In this document: piece after piece, positions 53,722 through 62,207 of the stretch
How the letters are laid out: each line of letters opens with the position of its first letter
Position numbering within the stretch: the stretch's first letter is position 1
Assembly (NCBI GenBank): GCA_964405235.1
Contig: CAYONG010000285.1
Location: 1,552-65,551 of the forward strand
Source of the DNA: an uncultured bacterium
Lineage (GTDB): Bacteria > Eisenbacteria > RBG-16-71-46
Direction: 5' to 3'
Length of the DNA stretch: 64,000 bases
The notes under the pieces: model-generated
The model's input: only the letters and a program-made list of their open reading frames with translations
Told to the model about the DNA's origin: nothing
The model's database searches: none
Program-made: the position numbers and the translations under genes

Positions 53722-54641
53722 GCCTGGTGGGATTCATTGTCCGGCGCGTGCTCATCATCATCCCCACGCTCTGGGTGATCGCCACCCTCACGTTCTTCCT
53801 CGTCCACGCCGCGCCCGGCGGCCCCTTCCAGGCCGAGCGCGAGATCCCCGCGGCCGCCAAAGAGCAGCTGATGCGCAAGTACGGACTCGATCAGCCGCTG
53901 CATCGTCAGTACCTGAGCTTCCTCGCCAACGCCGCGCGGCTCGATTTCGGACCCTCCTACAAGTTCCCGCAGCGCCAGGTGCGCGAGATCATCCTCGAGG
54001 CGTTCCCGGTCTCGGCCGAGCTGGGCGGGTGGGCGCTGCTGGTCGCCATCCTCTTCGGCGTTCCGATCGGCGTGATCGCGGCGGTAAAACAGAACTCGAG
54101 CGCCGACTACGCGGCCATGGGCATCGCGCTCGCCGGGGTCTCGGTGCCCAACTTCGTGCTCGGCCCGCTGCTGGTGCTGGGTCTCTCGCTCACGGTCTTC
54201 CTGCTGCCGCCGGCGCTCTGGCAGGGTCCCGAGAGCCGCATCCTGCCGGTGTTGACGCTCTCCACCGCCTACGTCGCCTATATCGCGCGGCTCACGCGCG
54301 GCGGGATGCTCGAAGTGCTGCGCCAGGATTACATACGCACGGCCAGGGCCAAGGGCCTGTCCGAGTGGGTCGTGGTCGGCAAGCACGCGCTGCGGCTCGG
54401 CATCCTGCCGGTGGTGTCGTACATCGGGCCCGCCACGGCGCGCATCATCATGGGCTCGATCGTTGTCGAGAGCATCTTCGCCGTGCCCGGCCTGGGCCGC
54501 TACCTCGTCAACGCCGCGTTCAACCGCGACTACACGCTGGTGCTGGGCGAAGTGCTCTTCTACGCCGGCTTCCTGATGGTCCTGAACCTCGTCATCGACG
54601 TCGCCTACACGCGGCTCGACCCGCGCGTGGAGCTGGCCTGA
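53718..54641 (+). CDS. ABC transporter permease (OppB/DppB-like)
   Basis: The ATG at 53718 overlaps the upstream stop (ATGA). FIVRRVLIIIPTLWVIATLTFFL and the EAA-loop region YIRTARAKGLSE. Confidence 0.8.
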   Translation: MSLVGFIVRRVLIIIPTLWVIATLTFFLVHAAPGGPFQAEREIPAAAKEQLMRKYGLDQPLHRQYLSFLANAARLDFGPSYKFPQRQVREIILEAFPVSAELGGWALLVAILFGVPIGVIAAVKQNSSADYAAMGIALAGVSVPNFVLGPLLVLGLSLTVFLLPPALWQGPESRILPVLTLSTAYVAYIARLTRGGMLEVLRQDYIRTARAKGLSEWVVVGKHALRLGILPVVSYIGPATARIIMGSIVVESIFAVPGLGRYLVNAAFNRDYTLVLGEVLFYAGFLMVLNLVIDVAYTRLDPRVELA

Positions 54642-54666
54642 GCGCGCAGCGCGAGAGGAGCTTTCA

Positions 54667-55578
54667 ATGAGTACGGCCGCCGCCCCCCTCGTCCTCGGCG
54701 AACAGACCCTTGCCAGCGCCCGGCCGGGGAGCCTGTGGGCCGACGCGTGGAAGCGCCTGCGGCGCAATCGCGCGGCCGTGTTCTCCGCCGTGTTTCTGAC
54801 GTGGATCGCCCTCACCGCGATCTTCGCACCGTGGCTGCCCGGGTTGCAGGACCCGACCATCCAGGACCTCAAGCTGGGCGCGACCCCGCCTTCGGCCGCC
54901 CACTGGTTCGGCACCGACGAGCTGGGGCGCGACACGTTGGCGCGCGTCGTCCACGGCGGACGCATCTCGCTCATGGTCGGCCTGGTCGCCACCTTCGTGA
55001 GCCTCCTCATCGGAGTGAGCTGGGGCGCGGTGGCGGGCTACCGCGGCGGCAAGACCGACGAGGTCATGATGCGGTTCGTGGACATCCTCTACTCGCTGCC
55101 CTACATCTTCCTCGTCATCCTCCTGCTGGTGTTCTTCAGCCGCAGCATCCTGATGCTGTTCGTGGCGCTCGGCCTGGTGCAGTGGCTGACCATGGCGCGC
55201 ATCGTGCGCGGGCAGGTGCTCTCGCTCCGCCAGCAGACCTTCGTCGAAGCCGCCCGCGCGCTGGGCGCGAGCGACGCCGCCATCATCTTCCGCCACATCG
55301 TGCCCAACACGCTCGGTCCGGTGATCGTCTACACCACGCTCACCGTTCCGGCGATCATTCTGCAGGAGGCGTTCCTCTCGTTCCTGGGGCTCGGCGTGCA
55401 ACCGCCCGACGCGTCCTGGGGCACGCTGGTCTCGGACGGCGCGCGGGTGCTGGCGTTGTTCCCGTGGCTGGTCGCATTCCCGGGCGCCGCGCTCTCGCTC
55501 ACACTGCTGTGCTTCAACTTCCTCGGGGATGGCCTGCGCGACGCGCTCGATCCCCAGGATCGCCGCGACGTGGCGTAG
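54667..55578 (+). CDS. ABC transporter permease (OppC/DppC-like)
   Basis: GAGAGGAG RBS upstream. HWFGTDELGRD and FVEAARALGAS are EAA-loop type motifs. Confidence 0.8.
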   Translation: MSTAAAPLVLGEQTLASARPGSLWADAWKRLRRNRAAVFSAVFLTWIALTAIFAPWLPGLQDPTIQDLKLGATPPSAAHWFGTDELGRDTLARVVHGGRISLMVGLVATFVSLLIGVSWGAVAGYRGGKTDEVMMRFVDILYSLPYIFLVILLLVFFSRSILMLFVALGLVQWLTMARIVRGQVLSLRQQTFVEAARALGASDAAIIFRHIVPNTLGPVIVYTTLTVPAIILQEAFLSFLGLGVQPPDASWGTLVSDGARVLALFPWLVAFPGAALSLTLLCFNFLGDGLRDALDPQDRRDVA

Positions 55579-55590
55579 GGTGATGACGCT

Positions 55591-57684
55591 TCAGTTCCGC
55601 ACCTCGAGCGACCCGCGAGGCATCATTTCGCGGATCGTAGAGGCCCAGCGGTTCGCCTCCTGGTCGTCGACGCCATCGCCCGCCAGCGCGAAATAGCGGC
55701 GGAACGAGGCGAACGCTTCGAGATACTGCTGCTGGCGGGCCTGGATCATCGCCCAGCGGCGCCAGGCCCCCGGCCATTCGGGCGCCAGCGCGCGGGCCGC
55801 ATAGGCCTCGAGCATCCCTAAGGGATCATCGGAATCGCGCGCCAGCCGAAGGTCCGCAAGCAGGGCATGGGCTCCGGGGTCCAGTGCGCGACGGCGGACC
55901 GCATCCTCCATGAGTGCGATCGCCCCCAGCGTATCTCCTGCCGCGGATGCCGCGAGCGCCCTCTCGATCTCGGGCGTGGGACCGCCGGCCGCGACGCAGC
56001 CCAGGCCCTGTAGCGACCCCAGCGCGCCCCGGCGGTCGTCCAGCGCCCATTGCACCCAGGGCAACAGGCGACTCGTCGGCTCTCGGGGCGAACGCTCCCG
56101 CTCGAAGAGCAGCACCTCGCGCGCCGCATGCAGCTTGTCCGCCACCACCAGGCTTAGCCCAAGGTCGGCCAGCCTCCCGGGCCCGGCGGGGAGCTCGGTG
56201 AGCGAATCGCCGACGCCGGAGAGCACGAAGAACGCGCCGCGCCGCGCCCGCTCGGCCGTAAACCCGCTCAGGTAGTAGGCGCGCAGGCTGCTGTCGCGGT
56301 AGGCCCTGCGGATGAGCGGCCCGTCCCCCGCCTGGAAGGCGATGTTGGCCTTGAGGCCGGTGAAGAACAGCGTGCTGCCCGGCGGGAGGATCGGGTGCAG
56401 CCGCCGGAGGTCCGCGAGGTATCGCGACAGCTGCGGGATCGCCCGGTCGATGTAGTAGCGGTTGATGTGCGACTGCGGCGTCCACGGATCCCGACCGACC
56501 CCGAAGGCGTCGAGCGCCCGCGCGCTCGCCGAGCCGCAGGCAAGCAGAGTCAGGGCCGCCAGCGCCAGGTTCGGCGGGCGGCGCGCCAGCCAGGCCCCCA
56601 GCGCGAGTGCCACGCCGCACATGGCGAACAAGTAATAGTAGGCGCTCCAGAACTCTGCGGCCGCGACAATCGGCACCGCCGCGAGCAGCGACCAGAAGAA
56701 ACCCAGGCGGACGGCTCCGCCGGCCGGCAAAGGGGAGGCGGGCACGACTGCGCCCGCCTCGCCGTCGCGCGAGGCGTTCCCGCGCTGCGCGCGGTACAGC
56801 GTCACCGCCAGGAGCATCAGGGCGAGCGGGATCCACGGCGGCCAAGCCCTTGGCAGGTGCCCGAACTCCCCTGCCTTCCACTCCAGCCCGATGCTCACCT
56901 GGAGGAGATGGACGAGAACGGCAAGCGGCGCGGTCGGATGGAACTCAATCCCGCTCACCGGCCGCGTCCGCGTCTGCAGCATCAAGCACCAGATGAGCGC
57001 CCAGACTGCCAACGCCGCGGCGAGCGGCCAGGCTCTGCGGAGCGGTGAAGTCCATGGCTCACCTGGCTTTCTGTCCGCCATGACCGCGATCGCGGGCATC
57101 AACAGCACCGTCTCCTTGGAGAGCGCGGCCAGGAGCAGGGCGAGGCCCGCGAGGAGCGTCCGCCCGCGCAGATGGAGCAGCAGGGAGAGGAGCGCGCCGT
57201 TCACGGCCAGGAGCTCCTGGCTCCCGCACGCCCACTTGACCGGCACGTCGGCGGCATAGTGGAGCGCCAGGAATGCGGTGGCGATCAGACCCGCCCGCTC
57301 CCCGGCGATCCTGCGAACGAGCAGGAACAGCAGCACCAGCGTGCTCAGGAACAGCAGCAGGTTCGAGATGTGGAAGGCGAGATCCGACTCGTGCGTACCC
57401 CGGGCGAGCAACCAGAAGTACGCCTGCCGGCTGACCGGTCGGAAGTAGTTGCCCAGCGGATCGGGTCGCGCGAGCGCCTCGGGCAACGAGAGTCCACGCA
57501 CCTGGTCGAGGAACAGGTTGTCATCGGCGAAGAACGGGGTCCGGAGCGAGGGCAGGTGCAGGATGGTCGCGGCGGTAAGGATGAGCCCGAGGTAGAACCA
57601 GACCGGGAGCGCAAAGGCGGGGCTCGGCGGGTGGATGCGGGCGGGCGCTGGCTCGGGCATTGCGGAGTCGCATAGTACATGCAT
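55591..57684 (-). CDS. Polytopic membrane protein, GT-C (PMT/ArnT-like) N-terminal domain with C-terminal TPR-like region
   Basis: About 11 TM segments with an early FFADDN acidic loop. The soluble C-terminal about 250 aa is helical-repeat-like. An alternative start is at 57660. Confidence 0.6.
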   Translation of the reverse strand: MHVLCDSAMPEPAPARIHPPSPAFALPVWFYLGLILTAATILHLPSLRTPFFADDNLFLDQVRGLSLPEALARPDPLGNYFRPVSRQAYFWLLARGTHESDLAFHISNLLLFLSTLVLLFLLVRRIAGERAGLIATAFLALHYAADVPVKWACGSQELLAVNGALLSLLLHLRGRTLLAGLALLLAALSKETVLLMPAIAVMADRKPGEPWTSPLRRAWPLAAALAVWALIWCLMLQTRTRPVSGIEFHPTAPLAVLVHLLQVSIGLEWKAGEFGHLPRAWPPWIPLALMLLAVTLYRAQRGNASRDGEAGAVVPASPLPAGGAVRLGFFWSLLAAVPIVAAAEFWSAYYYLFAMCGVALALGAWLARRPPNLALAALTLLACGSASARALDAFGVGRDPWTPQSHINRYYIDRAIPQLSRYLADLRRLHPILPPGSTLFFTGLKANIAFQAGDGPLIRRAYRDSSLRAYYLSGFTAERARRGAFFVLSGVGDSLTELPAGPGRLADLGLSLVVADKLHAAREVLLFERERSPREPTSRLLPWVQWALDDRRGALGSLQGLGCVAAGGPTPEIERALAASAAGDTLGAIALMEDAVRRRALDPGAHALLADLRLARDSDDPLGMLEAYAARALAPEWPGAWRRWAMIQARQQQYLEAFASFRRYFALAGDGVDDQEANRWASTIREMMPRGSLEVRN

Positions 57685-57787
57685 TGGGCCGGACGAGCTT
57701 CACCCGCGAGAGGATGTCCCGGACGCACCGACGGCGCTTCGCGCCGATGCGCCCCACTTGCGCATCGGCGCAATCTGACTTCCTGCG

Positions 57788-59785
57788 CTACGGCTTCATC
57801 GCCGCCACGGCGCCTGCTCCGATCGTCTCCTCCAGGAACGCCACCGCGCGCTCGTTGAAGTAGATCCGGTTGTCGAGCTTGGCGAACCCGTGTCCTTCGT
57901 CGTGCGCGATGAACACGCGGGGGTTCTGGCCGCGGTCCTTGAGGGCGGTCGCCAGCTGCATCGCTTCCTCCACCGGGACGCGCGGATCGTTGAACCCGTG
58001 CGCGATGAAGAAAGGCACCTTCATCTTGTCCACCTTCTGGATGCTCGAGACCGAAAGCAGGAAGTCGGGATCTGTGAGCGGACCGTATTCGACCTCGCGC
58101 AGCTTGCGCCGGTAGCCGCTGGTCTTCTCGAGGAAGGTCTTGAGATTGACGACCCCGACGATGTCCACACACGCGCCGAACATCCGCTCCTTGCGGGCGC
58201 CGCGATCGACACGCTCCTGGTCCTCGACGATGCACGCGACCGACATGAAGCCGCCGTACGAGCCGCCGTACGTCGCGATCCGCCCCGGCATGGCGTGCCC
58301 GGCCCGCACCAGCCATTCGGCCGCGTCCACCCCGTCGCGCACGCTGTCCCAGCGCTTCTTGTAGTCGTCCATCATGTGGAACGCGCGCCCGTAGCCGGTG
58401 CTGCCACGGACGTTCGGGAGCATCACGCCAAAGCCTCGCGACAGGAGATATTGGGTCCCGGCGCTGAATCCCGGCCGGCTCTGGCTCTCCGGACCACCGT
58501 GGTAGTTGATCACGAACGGGATCGGCGTGCCCTTCTGGTGGCCGGGCGGGAAGAAGATGAACGCCGCGATTTCCGTGCTGTCGAAGGCGGGATACTTCAC
58601 CAGCTCGGGTAGCGGGAAGCCCGCGAGGTCGATGCCCTGATCCTCGGTCCAGGTCAGCTGCCGGGTCGAAGGTGGCGCCGCGTGTTTGCTCGCCTTCGCG
58701 AACGTGGTCGCGAACGCGTTGCCGGCGCTGCGGGCGTTGCTGCGCGTCCACACCAGCGTCGAGCCACGGAAGCTGCTGGGGAAGGTCACGCCCTTCTCGG
58801 TCGGCGGCATCGGCAGCGGCTTGAAGTCCGGGAGCGAGTAGACATAGGTTACGCCATAGCCGTCCTCGTTGGCCACGACCACCAGGAACTCGCGCGTGTC
58901 GTTGGTCCCCGCGCCGTCGATCTCAAACCTGCTCAGCGACGGGAGCGGCTCGCGTACGGCGCCCGATTTGAGATCCTTCACGTACAGCCGCTTCATACCG
59001 TCTTTGAGGTCGGAGGTCATGAGGACGGCGCGCTCTCCCGGCATGTAGCCGACGATCTCGCAGGCCGCGGTACCGTCGGCCGGCCGGATGGTCAGGTCCT
59101 TGAGCTTTCCGGTCGCAACGTCCAGCTCGTGGCACTTGACGTCCGAGGCCGAGAAGTACTGCTGCACCAGCACACGCGCGCCGTCACGCGTCACGTCCGA
59201 AGCCCCCCATGCGCCCGGCTCCCCCAGCAACTTGGTGGCCCTGCCGGCCGCGAAGTCCCAGCGGTAGAGGTAGAAGTCGTTCGGGCTCGCGTCGTTCGCC
59301 GAGTAGATGAAGGCGGAACCGTCGTCGAGCCACTCGTTGACCGACGCCTGCACCTTGGGATTCGCGAGGATCGGCGAGGTCTCGCCGGTGGCGGGATCGA
59401 ACAGGGTGAGCTGCGTGTTCTCGTTGCCCCCCCGCGCGTGCATGAGGACGACCCGCTTGCCGTCGGGGGACACCGAGAAGCCGGAAAGCCCGTCGGCATA
59501 GTCGGTGAGCTTCTTGCTCGTCGTGTTCGCCGGCTCGTACGAGGCGGCCGCGCCCGCCGCCTTCGGCGTCACGCGGTAGAGCTGGTTCACGCCGTCCGGC
59601 CAGTCGCGCAGGAGCAGCGAGCCGTCGGGGAGGATGGTCGGGGCGCCGGGCGTGCGGATCTTGAGGAACTGCTGGATGGTGGCGGGGGACTTCGATCCCG
59701 CGTCGGCCGCGCATACGGCGCGCGGCGTGGCGACGAAACCGAGGCCGATGGCGAGACACACGGCGAGAGTGAAGAAACGACGCAT
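57788..59785 (-). CDS. Prolyl oligopeptidase (S9) family serine peptidase with N-terminal beta-propeller
   Basis: Signal peptide. GGSYGGFMS catalytic Ser, HGFNDPRVP (Asp) and HDEGHGF (His). Confidence 0.85.
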   Translation of the reverse strand: MRRFFTLAVCLAIGLGFVATPRAVCAADAGSKSPATIQQFLKIRTPGAPTILPDGSLLLRDWPDGVNQLYRVTPKAAGAAASYEPANTTSKKLTDYADGLSGFSVSPDGKRVVLMHARGGNENTQLTLFDPATGETSPILANPKVQASVNEWLDDGSAFIYSANDASPNDFYLYRWDFAAGRATKLLGEPGAWGASDVTRDGARVLVQQYFSASDVKCHELDVATGKLKDLTIRPADGTAACEIVGYMPGERAVLMTSDLKDGMKRLYVKDLKSGAVREPLPSLSRFEIDGAGTNDTREFLVVVANEDGYGVTYVYSLPDFKPLPMPPTEKGVTFPSSFRGSTLVWTRSNARSAGNAFATTFAKASKHAAPPSTRQLTWTEDQGIDLAGFPLPELVKYPAFDSTEIAAFIFFPPGHQKGTPIPFVINYHGGPESQSRPGFSAGTQYLLSRGFGVMLPNVRGSTGYGRAFHMMDDYKKRWDSVRDGVDAAEWLVRAGHAMPGRIATYGGSYGGFMSVACIVEDQERVDRGARKERMFGACVDIVGVVNLKTFLEKTSGYRRKLREVEYGPLTDPDFLLSVSSIQKVDKMKVPFFIAHGFNDPRVPVEEAMQLATALKDRGQNPRVFIAHDEGHGFAKLDNRIYFNERAVAFLEETIGAGAVAAMKP

Positions 59786-59982
59786 CGCGGGGCTCCTGGT
59801 TCGGGGTTACGGCCCGCACGGCGCCAGAACGGCGCCGCAACAACGGCGGCACGGGCAGACGGCGGGACGGCACTGGGCAAGGTACCGCGTCACGGGCGGC
59901 GGGTGAAGGCGGAACGGTGGTTCCCGCCGGTCAACATGCCCCCGGACTCGGCCGATAGAGATGGGTAAAGGAGGTCCCGGAC

Positions 59983-61587
59983 GTGAGCGAAAGCCATCGA
60001 CGAATCCGACCTGCCCCGCCCCAAGTCGCGCCGGCCCGCCATCGGCTGCGCCGGCGCTGTTTCGCGCTCGCCCTTGCCCTCCTCGCGGCCTGCGCGCTCC
60101 CGGGCTGCGCGGCGCTGAGCGGCCACGGCGAGACGACGCGAAATGTCCCGCCGCCACCCGCATCGCTCCCTCCTGTCTGCTACGACTGCTTCTGGCAGTA
60201 CCAGCCCGCAGGATTCCGGGAGGAGCTGAACCACTGGTACGAGTCGCACCCGTCTCCCGATCCGCTCCTGGATGCCGACCGCAGATACCTGCTGGCGCGC
60301 GTCAAGGACGATCCCGACGCCCTGTGCTCGGCGCGGCGGGCCTTCGAGGCGCTGCGCGACACGGTCAAGAACCCCGCGCGCCGGCTCATGATCGACGAGG
60401 CGCTGGCCTTCACCGCGGCCGAGTGCGGCGCCGACGTGGGTGCCGGGTTCGGCCGCGCCTCGCGGTCCGCCGCGGCGGCGGGTCAGCCGTTCAAGGCCGA
60501 CGTGTACCGCCGCATCGCCGATGGGAACTTCGTGCCCCGGATCGGCGAGGTCGAGATCCGCAGGCGACTGGAGGTCCCCCCGGGCACCACGGCCTACGTC
60601 CTGGGCGCGAGCACGATTCGGATCGCCGCCGGCGAGCGGATCGGCGTTCAGATGGAGCGCACGGTGAGGGACTGGCTCTCATATCAGCTCGCCTGGGACT
60701 TCTCGGAGCGCCCGGCGAACCGTGACGATCTGATCAACTGGCACGAAGGCAGCAGGCTGCGCGACATCATGGAGGCGGTCCCGGCCGAGATCGTCCCGCT
60801 CCCCGGCATCCTGGCGGTGCGCCAGGGCGACCGCTGGCTCGCGGCCGACGAGAACGGTGTATTCCGCTTCCAGGTGCTCATCGACAAAGTGCAGTACCCG
60901 ACGACGCGGGTCTACAAGGATGTGGCGCTGCTGGTCGACACCCACGGCATCGCGTCTCTGGTCGAGCCCGCGGTTCGGCGCGACGCGCGCCTCGTTGTCG
61001 GATGCTGCGATACACCCTTCAAGGCGCAGGCTGCATGGTGGCTCGCCTCGCTCGGGATCGACGTCTACTACCCGTGCGACCGTGCGGCCGGCGATCTGCT
61101 CGGCTATGAAGGCAAGGGCACGCTGCTCGGCTCGGCCCCGGTCCGCGCCCAGGACGGTATCGCGGTGATCGGCGACCGCCCGGTGCGATTCTCGGTCTTG
61201 GAGACGGTGGTGGTGGAAGACACCGACGTGGACGGCGGTAACCAGTACTACGACGCCCCGGCGCGTTACTTCCGTCGCCTGGCGGAGTCGCTCCCGCTCA
61301 AGCTGGAGATCGTGAAGGTCACCGGACCCGACCAGTCCATCCGGCTCGTGGAGCGGGCGCTGGAGCTCGGCGCCGAGGCGATCGCCGTGCGCGCTCGCAC
61401 CGACGAGGACGCCCGCCCGGTCCGCGAATGGCTCGCCGGCTCGCCTACCCGAAGAGCGGTGCTCTTCCACACCGCCCCCTACCCCGCCGGCTACGCACTC
61501 TTCCTCGAGTTTCCGCTGCAGACGACGTTCGGAGATCCGCGGCCGCGCTTCCTCGTGGAGCAGAGCGCGGCCGAACGCCGGCCCTGA
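59983..61587 (+). CDS. Orphan lipoprotein, unknown function
   Basis: Lipobox LLAACALPGC after a basic N-terminus. High GC3 throughout. I recognise no family motifs. Confidence 0.55.
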   Translation: MSESHRRIRPAPPQVAPARHRLRRRCFALALALLAACALPGCAALSGHGETTRNVPPPPASLPPVCYDCFWQYQPAGFREELNHWYESHPSPDPLLDADRRYLLARVKDDPDALCSARRAFEALRDTVKNPARRLMIDEALAFTAAECGADVGAGFGRASRSAAAAGQPFKADVYRRIADGNFVPRIGEVEIRRRLEVPPGTTAYVLGASTIRIAAGERIGVQMERTVRDWLSYQLAWDFSERPANRDDLINWHEGSRLRDIMEAVPAEIVPLPGILAVRQGDRWLAADENGVFRFQVLIDKVQYPTTRVYKDVALLVDTHGIASLVEPAVRRDARLVVGCCDTPFKAQAAWWLASLGIDVYYPCDRAAGDLLGYEGKGTLLGSAPVRAQDGIAVIGDRPVRFSVLETVVVEDTDVDGGNQYYDAPARYFRRLAESLPLKLEIVKVTGPDQSIRLVERALELGAEAIAVRARTDEDARPVREWLAGSPTRRAVLFHTAPYPAGYALFLEFPLQTTFGDPRPRFLVEQSAAERRP

Positions 61588-61652
61588 CCCTCGGGGCATC
61601 GCGCTGCAACCTCACGCCCGGGCAACCACCGTGACGCCCTGATGAGGTATGC

Positions 61653-62207
61653 TTGCTCGTTCGGTTCCTCGACCCCCCAGGGTCGGGCGGCTTCCGAACC
61701 AGGCCCCCCGGAGGTCCACCCCTGCACATCTACGTTGATGCCGACGCCTGTCCGGTAAAGCAGGAGATCTATCGGGTCGCACAACGCTACGACCTCGGCG
61801 TGACCCTTGTGGCGGGTTCCTGGATGAGGATCCCGGACGGCGGGCGTGTCGCCCTCGAGATCGTGGATCAGGGCTTTGATGCGGCGGACGATTGGATCGT
61901 CGCGCACGCCTCGTCCGATGACATCGTGATCACGGGGGACATCCCGCTCGCGGCCCGGTGCCTCGAGAAGGGAGCCCATGCGCTGGGCCCCACGGGCCAC
62001 CCGTTCACCGAGTCGAACATCGGAGAGGTGCTGGCGACGCGAAACCTGCTCGCCGAGATGCGTGGCGCCGGCCGGGTGATGATCGGACCCCCGCCGTTCG
62101 ACCCGCGAGATCGTTCCCGGTTCCTGCAGGCACTCGACCGGCAGATCCAGGGGCTGCGAAGCCTGCGAACCCGTCGCGAAGAGTCAGGTCAGCCGCGTGA
62201 AGCCTGA
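61653..62207 (+). CDS. yaiI: YaiI/YqxD family protein (UPF0178/DUF188)
   Basis: HIYVDADACPVK...VTLVAG...GFDAADDWIV...DIVITGDIPLAARCLEKGAHALGPTG follows the family pattern. The first about 27 codons may be non-coding, because a 6-bp hairpin CGACCC/GGGTCG lies there. Confidence 0.75.
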   Translation: MLVRFLDPPGSGGFRTRPPGGPPLHIYVDADACPVKQEIYRVAQRYDLGVTLVAGSWMRIPDGGRVALEIVDQGFDAADDWIVAHASSDDIVITGDIPLAARCLEKGAHALGPTGHPFTESNIGEVLATRNLLAEMRGAGRVMIGPPPFDPRDRSRFLQALDRQIQGLRSLRTRREESGQPREA

